A stretch of DNA of 61,874 nucleotides, filler included, from Choristocarpus tenellus KU-1152 (Eukaryota > Protista > Phaeophyceae), in assembly GCA_964200185.2 (NCBI GenBank). It is 10 parts of 10 records of this genome, joined end to end, with 100 filler letters (N's around TTAATTAATTAA, not from the genome) between each part and the next. Parts side by side here need not be neighbours in the genome. Positions count along the whole stretch, not along the records: positions 24,124 to 31,887 come from CAXNAD020005619.1; positions 31,988 to 36,708 come from CAXNAD020013343.1; 8 more parts are not named here. The stretch is one strand, 5' to 3'. Position 1 is the first letter of the stretch; each line of letters begins with the position of its first letter. Below the pieces are notes generated by a model, which ran no database searches, had not been told where the DNA came from, and saw nothing but the letters and a program-made list of their open reading frames with translations. The translations under genes and the position numbers were made by a program. Shown here in pieces: positions 25,805-36,708 of the stretch.

Positions 25805-26165
25805 GAGGCGTGTGGCTTCAAAGAGGGTAGTATGTGGACAGCTGCAACGTTTGCCATACTTTATCGTATGGTAAAGTATGGCATAAATGACTTGAGGCAT
25901 GTGGCCTGAAAGAAGTTGGTATATGGATCGCCGCAACTTTCACCACACTTTGTCGTACGGTAAGTATGGCGAAAATGACTTGAGGTATGTGGCTTGAAAA
26001 AAGTTAGTATATTGACCGCCGCAACTTTCACCACACTTTGTTGTAGGACAAAGTATGGCAAAAATGACGTGATGCGTGTGGCTTAAAATAAGTTGGTATG
26101 TGGACCGCCGCAATTTTTGCCATACTTTGTCGTACGGTAAAGTATGGCAAAAATAACATGAGGCG
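25805..26165. repeat. ~89-bp tandem array (~4 copies) containing a 14-bp hairpin stem
   Basis: Unit CCATACTTT..CGTA.GGTAAAGTATGGCAAAAATGAC...GTTGGTAT.TGGACCGCCGCAACTTT; last copy TTTTGCCATACTTT-N10-AAAGTATGGCAAAA. Confidence 0.85.
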
Positions 26166-26740
26166 AGCAGATGAAGGAAGGGCGAAACACGACTTGGAAT
26201 AATTTCATTATTATGTAAGGGTGAGAGACGATGTCAGGGTTAGGGCACAGGTTTAGGGTTGGGACAGGTGCTAGGGCTGGGATCGGAAACAGAACTGGAA
26301 GGAACATCATTTAGTTACGATACATATCGGAAAGCGGATATCGGAGGACACAAACTTCATCGTTAGGCTTCGTTCTGCTCTTGATGGGAGGACGTGTGCG
26401 TCATCGGTTCGGAACTACGGTGGAACTGGTGAATACCACGTCTCCCTGATTTCGATGCAAATGTGTGATTTCGGAAGGATATGGTGACCATATGCTTCGC
26501 TATGTCTAGTTTTCAAGCGCTAATCCCTCCTTCAGGTAATTACAGAATGTGCAGGCTACAAGAAACGTTCACCCTTCGTGCAGCTTACACTGGAGCGTCT
26601 CTGAATGACCAACATCGCAAACACACCGTCATGACTTAGCGCCTTTGGCGGATGTTGCTGCTATCATCCGTTCACGTTGCATGTATTAGCATGTGGCTGA
26701 CATGATAGTGTACCAAAGTGGTTGTATTTGCTACCTTTAC

Positions 26741-27200
26741 AACTGTGTACACACCAGCTGCAGATGGTGGTGTCACCAACATACTCAGATTCGATTCCCT
26801 GTATTTATTTGAGTCTCCGACCGTGTACACACCACCTGTGAGCAGTGGTAATATCAATATGTTCACATTCGATGCCCTGTATTTATTTGCGTTCCCGACC
26901 GTGTACACACCACCTGTCAGCAGTGGTAATACCAACATGTTCAGATTCAATGCCCTGTATTTATGTTCGTTTCCGACCGTGTACACACGAGCTGTCAGCA
27001 GTGGTAATACCAACATTTTCAAATTCGTTGCCTTGTATTTATTTGCGTTTCCAACCGTGTACGCACCAGTTGTCAGCAGTGGTAATACCAACATTTTCAG
27101 ATTCGATGCCCTGTATTTATTTGCGTTTCCAACCGTATACGCACCAGCTGTCAGCAGTGGTAATACCAACATTTTCAGATTCGATGCCCTGTATTTATTT
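26741..27200 (+). repeat. 78-bp minisatellite, ~6 copies
   Basis: Unit CCGTGTACACACCAGCTGTCAGCAGTGGTAATACCAACATTTTCAGATTCGATGCCCTGTATTTATTTGCGTTTCCAA. Confidence 0.95.
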
Positions 27201-28099
27201 GGGCTTTACATATGGAAGCCGGGGTGAATAGACTCACCGACCAGACCTCTGTCCAATTCTTCAATGCGATCGCCACCCTTGTGTACATATGCGCAGGAGA
27301 AGGTGAGGTTCTCACGGCTCCTTCCACAGGAAACGATTCGTGAAATGATTGTGAAGCACCGCCTACCTTTCGTTGCCCATATCCATATAAATTCCGCGTT
27401 GGTGATCCAACCAACCCGATCCCTTTCTTCCCCTCACTATGTTCCACCAGAGACAAAAGAACTGGAGGAGATCCTTCTCCGAGTGTGGAGAGAGCACAAG
27501 AAGCGCGACGGGTCAAGTGTAAGCGTGGTGCAGCCATCCCCACATTTGTACATCCAATACCCCATCACTAATGGTCCAACAACAACGTAGTAACCCCTGC
27601 CTTCGCATACTGAGCTTGAATTGACGTTTTAGACATGTTTAATGCTATGAACCTTATGACATATGCTATTAACCAACAGACCCACTTCAACTCCCACACT
27701 CTTCTGTCCTGATCATGTCATCTTATTCTCCACAAACCCAACGCGCACCTGACTAGGACAAATTCGACTTTAGAGTGGTTCACATGTTCACTGTGCTGTG
27801 GTATGCTAACCCAGACGCCGCCATCGAATCCCTCTAGAACAGCGGGGGGTTCACACACACCTACAGGTTGAAGGTGGGGTAAACATTCCCAACTATGTTG
27901 TCCCCACACGACGATGCCACACTTGACATAGGGCAGACAGTAATGAAGGAATTTGATGTGTTCTGTAGGACGGTAAAGGCCATCAGTTTGCAAAGAACCC
28001 CAAGTCCATAGGGTTCTGCTGTGCTATGCGCATCCCCTCGTAATCCTTCTCTGATAAATTCACTGTTAACACTAAATCCTCCACATCCTCAAAGCTCGT

Positions 28100-28460
28100 T
28101 CTTTATCGGTCTCCTAATGACACACCATCGCACATTTGACGTACATATAGCTCACGGACGAGGATAAGGAGCAGTATTTCGCAAGGGATGTGCACTGATG
28201 TCCTCGCTGGAGCCGGCTTAGCGATCTTTAGAGGGGAAACCCCAAGACCGTCGCTGGTGCGACATTGTCGAAGTGGCTGCCCACGTCTTCTCAGAACAGG
28301 CAGCCAAAAAAATGCCAACTGACGCACTCTCGTTGACGTATGTTGTCGGGACGGAGACATTTCCAGAGGAATGGGTAAGTCGATTTTGACCGCAACGATT
28401 GAAGTAACGTATGGATTTATATGCATATACCCCCTGCTGACCCTGCAACAGCCGCAATGT
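28100..28460 (+). pseudogene. Exon-like segment of an unknown gene, inverted paralog at ~32020-32400
   Basis: Both copies encode ...IVEVAAHVFSEQAAK..PTDALS..YVVGTETF.EEW followed by a GTAAGT donor. Confidence 0.6.
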
Positions 28461-29192
28461 TTACCGTCTAGTTCGTGCCTCGCGAGGCGGACACCCATGT
28501 CATGCATGTGACATACCGCTCCAATACCCATATGCTTCTCCATGACAGTTCTTCCATACTCTAAGGGGCGTCCGGAACAAACGGCCCCTGGCCGACCAAG
28601 ACAAAGGAAAGAAGAAGACAAGAGAAAAGGGGGAAAAGAGACCAGGAGTCAGCGATCCAGACCATCCGTCTGCCGTCCAGGCCGAGGAGGAGTGGGTGTA
28701 TCAACCCTGAAAAGTCCAATTGGCGTACATGAGACGTATGCACACGAGGAATGTCCTCATCAAGAGGGCTGTCCTGAAGGTCGCCATACAAGTTATGAAC
28801 GACCTAATATGGAAAGACAAGCTCGGGATAGACCCCTACGCCGATGACTCCTCAGCAGGGTCTTCACAAGAAGGTCCTCCTACCAAAAAATACATCCTCA
28901 GCGATGAGGAAGTCAACTGAGTGTGAGGTTCATCATTTCATCTGTCCTCAGGGACAACCTAGATACGGATCGTATCAAACTCCTCATGAACGAACTCTCC
29001 ACCTTCCGAAATTTTGCACTGGTGAAGACACCGGTAGCTGATGGCGTATCCATGCCTATACCTTGTGGAAGATCCAACCCACCAGGAGATGAAGAGGAAC
29101 AAGATAGCCCATCGCCTAGCCCTGCAGTAGGTACGGGAAGCAGGACTCTACGAGAGGGGAGCATACATACAATCACACCCTCAGAACACAAC

Positions 29193-29839
29193 TCTGAAGG
29201 CGATGGGGACTGATCCGTTTCTAACGTTTTATCAGGTCCAGAGGAACTTGCACAGGAGGAGGTGAGGGAGTGGCTAGGCAGGGATTCAAGAGTCCATTCA
29301 TGTCAGGAGTGACCCATGTGTCTCCCCAAACGCCCATTCCATGGGCAGCGGAGGCGACGAGTCCAAGGTGCCAGGGAACTCCTACCATGATACTGTGGGG
29401 CGAAGTGAGAACCACGCCCATGCTCATCCAACCACAATATCGAGGAACAAGCCTTCTGCAAAAGGTAACGGAAAGAGGAAAAGGACGATATTTCGGAAGA
29501 ACATGTTGAGAGAAGAATCTGAAGGCGATGGGTACTGACCCAATTGTGATGCTTTGTCAGGTCCACAGGAGCTTGTACAGGAGGACGTGGGTGGGTGTTC
29601 AGGCACGGACTCAGAGTCCACGCCTGTCAGAAATGACCCCGGAATGTCCCCAAACGCCCATTCGGCGGGCAACAGCGGCAACAAGTCCCAAGTGCCAGGG
29701 AGCACCTACGACCATACTGTGAGGCGAAGTGAGAACCACCTCCATGCCGATCCTACCCCAACCCCGAGGGACAAGCCTTCCGAGAAGGGCAAAGGAAAGG
29801 GGAAAAGAACGCTAATTAAGAAGAAGAGGGTGAGAGAAG
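29193..29839 (+). repeat. ~325-bp diverged tandem duplication in a decayed coding region
   Basis: TCTGAAGGCGATGGG.ACTGA...GGCGAAGTGAGAACCAC...TGAGAGAAG at 29193 and 29518. Confidence 0.85.
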
Positions 29840-31299
29840 GTGCTAGACGGATGAGACCCTTCAAACAGCTTCGTGGTCCTGATGGCAGCGCTTTAGAACG
29901 TTCTTTGCAGACGTCTTCGCTTCTGCCAAAATGGCAGATACGCGGTAAATCCGTGTTCATCTACCTCGAGATACGACAATGACGACGAAAGGTCATCGCA
30001 TGGTGATGATGATTGTGTCACACAGGACGCGGCCGACTCCGGCGATGCATCCGATGTGGGGATCACCGAAGCCTTTTCATGGAGGCGTGCATTACTGAGC
30101 TCCTACAATTGGCAACGAAACCTGCTTCTTCACAGTATCGAGTGAAGACTCAAATCCTCACCCAAGTCATATACGACCATGGGTTCAGGATCATCAAGGC
30201 CGGTAAACTCTTCTCCATCTGCTTAGCTAGCCTTTCGAAACAATTCGCCAGGGCCTGCGATAGATACCCTGTCCTTCTCAAAGCCGTTATTTATTCCTTG
30301 AACACTATAACGCACCTCCCCCCTTCTTCTCAATACTCCACGCACCATCTCATGCTTTGTCCAAGTGTCGACAAACTAGAACCAATCTCGTCCTCCTTCG
30401 AATCTTGGAGGATCATATACCGAAGTCCACGCACGATGCTCCTAAGCACAGCAGCACCAACCCAAGACCTCTGGAAGTGTATCTTGAACTACTTTCAGAG
30501 AAACGTACAACAATAGACCTTGACCAATAACCACTCGTGTACACCTCCAGACTCCGTTCACACCTTACATGAGAGATATAATATACTAACCCGAAAACAA
30601 AACCTGACCCTTTTCCCTTCCTTCATACCAACAACTTCAACCCTAACACCCTGAGCGACAACCACGTCTTATTAATACTAAGTCCTACACATGCACGCAA
30701 ATAAACGAAGTATTACATTTAAAACAGTACATGATATATATGTTTTGGTTCCTCGTGCACACACCGGGAGAACAGGCCCAAACTGACAGTCCTCTTTGTG
30801 TACACACCAGACACGACTCATGCAAGCAAATAAACGAGAAAACCAACCATGCAACAGCCCATATTCGTTTTTTCAATTCCTCATCCAACAGTGGGAAAAT
30901 ACAACCTAACCGACAGCCCTCATTAAATGCTAAACAAATCCCACTCGTGCAACCAAACAAACCAATATCCAGCCCTGGAATAACCTAACCCATATCTCTT
31001 ATTCTTCATCGTAACTGCACGACCAACATACATAAACCAATAAACCTGTTTGTACAGACTCGAAATCCGATACTTGGAAACGTTGAAACTCCCAACCAAA
31101 CCCAAATAAAAGGTGGCATATATTCCCATTCCTCTTGCGTGCGCAAGGACAGAAAGGAGCCTAACCAACAGTCTTCTTTTTTTTGCTGACATTTCAAATC
31201 CGACAAGTGCGACCAATTCACACCAAAAAGTGAAAATCGAAAAAGGATGAAAGATGGACGCCGGCACCCCCCCCCCAGATACTTTGACTCACAGGGACT

Positions 31300-31727
31300 A
31301 CAGAGATTGCCCAAGACCAGTGCAGCCCATTCGTGGAAGAAATCCAAAACGGACCAGATCATGGACCTCTTCCTCTCCATATTTGTCAACAACGATGGCC
31401 AGAAGAGATGGAAGGAAGCTACCGTACTTGTAACGACCTTGCCTCTTGGTTGTTGGATGAGAAAAGCAGATTTGCACCATTGGTGAGCGTGCTGCAAGTT
31501 GTGCTGGCTCGGGAACAACGCGAGTCCACGCCTGATCTCCATGTCAAGACATTCCTAGAATGTGTAAAGAAATATCTTAGCACCGAGCACACTCGGCAGG
31601 TATACATATCCATCCTCGTCGGCATCGCTCCTGATGTCGAAATAGGCGATGAAGGGGTGACATCAACGTTTCATCCCCTTCTGTCCGTCACAGCAAGAAA
31701 ATACGACATCAACGTCGACACACCAAG
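31300..31727 (+). repeat. Inverted paralog of 24712-25138, preceded by a MITE-B end (to 31290)
   Basis: Both encode NDLASWLLDEKSRFAPL.SVLQV.LAREQRESTPDL...KYDINVDT. Confidence 0.9.
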
Positions 31728-32680
31728 GTCATCCGCCAAGAAACGCACGGAATTCATGCGAAACATTCGGCGACAGGTGAGCCCCTCCGCATTGGCTGCA
31801 GATGACGCTGGAGGATTGTCTCCCGTATCCAATACCCACGCCCCTCACTGCTCTCCTCAAGGCACCGCCCAGAGGTACAGAAGTTCANNNNNNNNNNNNN
31901 NNNNNNNNNNNNNNNNNNNNNNNNNNNNNNNTTAATTAATTAANNNNNNNNNNNNNNNNNNNNNNNNNNNNNNNNNNNNNNNNNNNNCCCCCCCCTCCCA
32001 GATACTTTGGGTCCTTGACGGTAAGTATTGCAGCTGTTGCAGGGTCAGCAGGGTTCATATACATATATATATGTGTGTGTATACGTTGGGTGAATCGTCA
32101 CAGACAAAGCTTGACTTACCCATTCCTCTGAAAATGTCTCCGTCCCGACAACATACGACGATGAGAGTGCGTCAGTAGGTAGGTTTTTGGCTGCCTGCTC
32201 TGAGAAGACATGCGCCGCCACTTCCACAATGTTGTGCCAACGATGGCCTGGGGGGGGCTCCCCTCTGAGGATGGATAGACCGACTCCAGCGGGGACATCA
32301 GTGCACATTCTTTCCAAGAGCTGCTCCTTGATCTCGTCTGTGAGCTACATAGATTGGAACCCGGGAAAGAACGTGCTTTGAGAATGTCAAGGATTTAGGG
32401 TTAACAACATATCAATCTGCGATGACTGCAAAGGTGTTGTTGTCAAAGAGTGATAGAGTATGTGATCAATGATGACGGGATCTGTAGGGAGTGGGAGGTT
32501 TGTGTCCATGCGTGGGATAGGCAAACATGAGATGATAAGGGCGAAGCGCTGTTGTTGTCATTAGGACGGCGTAAAGTTTTCCGTGGAGACTGCTATTTGC
32601 GAACATGCATCGAAGGGTAAACCCAGCCGACATGGAAGGAGTATTGAATATGAGAACGCACCAATACCGTATGCAGATGA

Positions 32681-33140
32681 AAAGGATTTATGCGCCGACC
32701 CGGGTTAGATGTCGAGAGGTCAACCATGCACAGGTTTGTGATTTACATAGGGCAGACAGTAATGAAGAAATTTGATGTGTTATGTCGGACGGTAAATGCC
32801 ATCAATTTCCAAAGCACGGCAAAACTGTTGGGGGTGGTGTGTACCGATTTGGAACAAGAAGTGTAAGCAGGAAACATTAAGTTGAACCGCGAAAGTGAAA
32901 GATGAAGATAAAAAGGATTTACGCGCCGACCCGGGTTAGATGCCGAGAAGGCAACCATACACAGAGGTTTGTGTTTGACATAGGGCAGGCAGTAATGAAG
33001 AATTTGATGTGTTATGTCGGACTGTAACGGCCATCAATTTCCAAAGCACGGCCAAACGGTTGAGGGTGGTGTGTACCGATTTGGAACAAGAACCCTAAGC
33101 TGGAAAACATTAAGTTGAATCGCGTAATTGAAGCATGAAT
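32681..33140 (+). repeat. ~232-bp tandem duplication, partly homologous to ~27925-27995
   Basis: AAGGATTTA.GCGCCGACCCGGGTTAGATG...GAAACATTAAGTTGAA occurs twice. Confidence 0.88.
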
Positions 33141-33974
33141 GCACCAGTTTGAAACGAATATGGCAATTTTGGAACGTACTTCAGAGTAGAAATTTGGTAT
33201 GTTCTGCCGACTGGCAGAAGCCATCAAATTCTAAAGTGAGGTTACCGCGGTTTTTTTACTAAGCTACGCGCGCTTGTTGATACCAATGTGCGAGTTAAAT
33301 CGAGATCACGTTGTGACGCAATACGAACCTTATCGGAAAAGTTCCTATCGTATCGGAGCCCTAATACGTGCGTATCGATGATGTCACCACGTAACACTCG
33401 ACAGACAGATGTTGTGGTGCGTGGAATTGGATCGTGGAATCTTAGTTCTATTTCGAATCAGTTGTCTGATTACTCTCAACATATGTCACTGCAACCCCGT
33501 TCCAATTTCGGTTAAGTTTTGGTTCATCCGTTGGAATTAATTCTGACGATAGTCACTGCATTGCCAGTTCGTCGACATGTTAGATGTAAGGTGAATTCTG
33601 TCTTTTCACGGATTGGGTTGAGTGTTCGAGATGTAGGTAATTAATGTTGGTTAGGGTTAGGGTTAGGATCATAGATGTTGCCTTCAGGGCTTACATTGTC
33701 AGCGACTGGGGTGGATGGGGTGATTACGGTAGGATGGAGGCTTTGGATGGTGGGCTGTCGACAGGGTATGGTGTGCGCGGCACTCTGACATGGGAGTAAA
33801 GAGATTACACGCTGCTTAGATATTGCCACGGATGCATACGGTATTTTGACACCAGGTTTGTGTTGGGTTAGGTCCAACGTCAAATGCGGTCGGGATCTGT
33901 GACGCTGGCACTGCTGGTGGCAGAAGATGGTTTATGAACGCTTTTGATAAAAAAAATTATAGATGCTGGAGCAG

Positions 33975-34719
33975 TGATTTTGGTGATACCACTACTGACA
34001 CTTGGTGTGTACACGGTTCTAATGATCATAAATACAGGGGCATCGGATTCGAAAATGTTGGTGATACCACTATTGACAGCTGGTGTGTACACGGTTCTAA
34101 TGATCATAAAAACAGGGGCATACAAATTCAAAATGTTGGTGATGCCACTGCTGACAGCTGGTGTGTACATGGTTCTAATGATCATAAATACAGGGGCATC
34201 GAATTCGAAAATGTTGGTGATACCACTACTGACAGCTGGTGTGTACACGGTTCTAATGGTCATAAATACGGGGGCATCGGATTTGAAAATGTTGGTGATA
34301 CCACTATCGACAGCTGGTGTGTACACGCTTCTAATGGTCATAAATACAGGGGCAGCGGATTTCAAAATGTTGTTGATACGACATACTGACAGCTGGTGTG
34401 CACACGGTTCTAATGGTGACAAAAATAGATCATTGAATTCGAAAATATTGGTGATACCACTGCTGACAATTGGTGCGTACATGGTTCTAATGGTAATAAA
34501 TACAGGGCATCGGATTTGAAAACGGTGTGATATCACTATTGACAGCTGGTGTGTGCACGGTTCTAATGGTTATAAATACAAGGGCATCGAATTCGAAAAT
34601 GTTGGTTATACCACTATTGACAGCTGGTGTGTACACGGTTGTAGTTGTGAGAAATGCAGGGCATCCAATTTGAAAATAGTGGTGATACCACTGCTGACAG
34701 CTGGTGTCTACACGGTTCT
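33975..34719 (-). repeat. 78-bp minisatellite, ~9.5 copies, same family as 26741-27200 (inverted)
   Basis: Unit TTCTAATGATCATAAATACAGGGGCATCGGATTCGAAAATGTTGGTGATACCACTATTGACAGCTGGTGTGTACACGG. Confidence 0.95.
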
Positions 34720-34973
34720 GAGTGGAAGTTAAGAGGGTACGAGTTTTGCCCTGTTTGTCAATTTAGGGCTTGGCTTCCCTCAGGGTTCTTGTGACGTTTT
34801 CCTACTCCAAAATATTTCAGAGTAGGTAATATTTATATGATATGAAAAGGTGTGCCTGGATCAAGGATATTGATACTTCCTAACAAACACGATAGCCAAA
34901 ATTACATCGAAATTGCAACATTGGATTTTGGCCCCAAATGGACGCGGCTCTACCCTCTAAGATACTTTGGCTC
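34720..34973. mobile_element. MITE family A terminating the 78-bp array
   Basis: Family-A sequence; flanks TTCT/TTCA. Confidence 0.9.
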
Positions 34974-35042
34974 TTCACAAGTTCCGTAGGGAAAATAAGC
35001 GTATCCCATTCCTTCATTTCGCCGTCTAACTGTATCCTCCAT

Positions 35043-35302
35043 GAGCCAAAGTATCTTAGAGGATAGGGCCACGTCCATTTGGGGTTCAAAATCAAATGTT
35101 GGGATTTTGACGTAATTTTGGCTATTATGTTTATTAGGAAGTGTCAATGTCCTTGTTCCGGACACACCTTTTCATAACGTATACATTTTACCTGCTCCGT
35201 AACATTTTCGAGTAGGAAAATGTCATTAAAAAATCCCGAGGGAAGCCAAGCCCCAAATGGACAAACAGGGGAAAACTCGTACCCTCTATGATACTTTCAC
35301 TC
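35043..35302. mobile_element. MITE family A
   Basis: TSD CCAT. Confidence 0.95.
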
Positions 35303-35329
35303 CCATCCTACATAAAACTCTCCATTCCT

Positions 35330-36250
35330 CAAAACCAAAGCAAACAAGACCCCTATACAACCAAACAAGGTCATCACGCGCTAACACATGCCAATAGTCC
35401 AACACACCAACACAGCTCCTGCAACGAACACTTTTGTGCTGGTGCAGGATGCACAACCGAGTTCCCGCGTTGTGCCCCTTCAGGCTATCATCATCCCAGA
35501 CTTCATCGACATCCACCACAACGACCTGGACAACACATTCAAGATCCTGCCTGGTCAATAGCAGAGGTTCACCTCAGAATCCAACCAGCAATCCCTCAGT
35601 GGGATACCTGCTCGTTTCTCAAGGCAACTCAGACTTGGGGACACATCCGACGCCAGGTTCGGTCGAGGAACCAGCTTCATCCTGTGCGCAAGTGGGATGT
35701 CTATCGTACAGGGAAGGTCAGCGATGTTCACGTGGACGGTTCAGGGGCGTACATTTACTCAGTGTCCTACCTTCTGGACGATGGCGAAAATTCTTTGCCC
35801 CCTCATCTGAGGTCGTACATGAGACAGAGGACGAGATAGAGGAGGGTGTCGACCGACTTTGGGAGAAGAACAGGAGGGACAGTGTCGAGGCTGCAGTTCA
35901 GACAACACCGCTGGTCAATGGTTGACCGCCAGCGGAAGCGTAATGACATGGAGAATGATACGGAGAAATATATACTCCTTGAACTGACACTGATGGCTGT
36001 GCTGGATTTAGATGAGGGAGAAACACTCAAAGCCGGTGCCAAGGGCAGGGGACTATACTTCAGATGGGACGATCAGTGGATGCGAGGGACCGTGACTAAG
36101 TACCAGCCCCTCAACATGGTGAAAGTTGGAGATGAGCGAGTCAGCTACCCCTACGAGATTAAATGGGAGAGTAGCGAAATGCGAAATATCCAGCTTCTTG
36201 TGGAACGATACAATATAGACCAAGACGCTCCTACACGGACCTGGTTCTGA
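35330..36250 (+). pseudogene. Decayed TE-associated ORF with two Tudor/SH3-like segments; 35335-35690 has an inverted paralog at ~46730-46965
   Basis: YRTGKVSDVHVDGSGAYIYSVSY and GRGLYFRWDDQWMRGTVTKY...YPYEIKWE. DDSLKGHNAGTRLC is shared by both loci. Confidence 0.4.
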
Positions 36251-36630
36251 ACAAGTCCCACTTTGCCCCCATACTGACGAGAGACACGACTTTGAGGAGC
36301 AACCTAGGCGAATTGCTGTTCGTGAGTCACCCTCTACTTCGCCAACCAGACACATGCCTCGACAGACATGTTGTGCTGGAGAGGTCGGACGTTATCTAAA
36401 TCAACGAACTTATACATTTGGTATATTGATTTCAATATCTTCCTGAAGAGTTTGTGTCTATATGTTTCCTCATACGCATGCTTTTATTGGCCCGATGGCA
36501 ACCTAGATTTCATCTTGATTAGTGCTGTCTGCCACTATCCTCCAACACTCGTATTGACATGGCCCAATCCTTCTCCCCCCCCTCTTTGCGTTGATTGAAC
36601 CACAGAGAAATTGACAGAAATCTTGCTGAA

Positions 36631-36708
36631 GGCTCAAAGTATCTGGGGGGGGGGGCGTGGCTGTTCATTTGAGGCCAGTTCTTTTATGTGGCGGTCTTTG
36701 GGCGCGTT
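36631..36708. mobile_element. MITE family B end at contig break (another B end at 31988-32013)
   Basis: GGCTCAAAGTATCTGGGGG...; CCCCAGATACTTTGGGTC. Confidence 0.8.

Noticed and set aside
26672-27231. 26-aa repeat proteins as real CDS
   Set aside because: Open in several frames on both strands because the unit is 78 bp; no independent coding evidence. Kept only as a hypothesis in findings.
33975-34719. 78-bp and 89-bp arrays as CRISPR arrays
   Set aside because: Units are similar along their full length, with no unique spacers, no cas genes, and a eukaryotic context.
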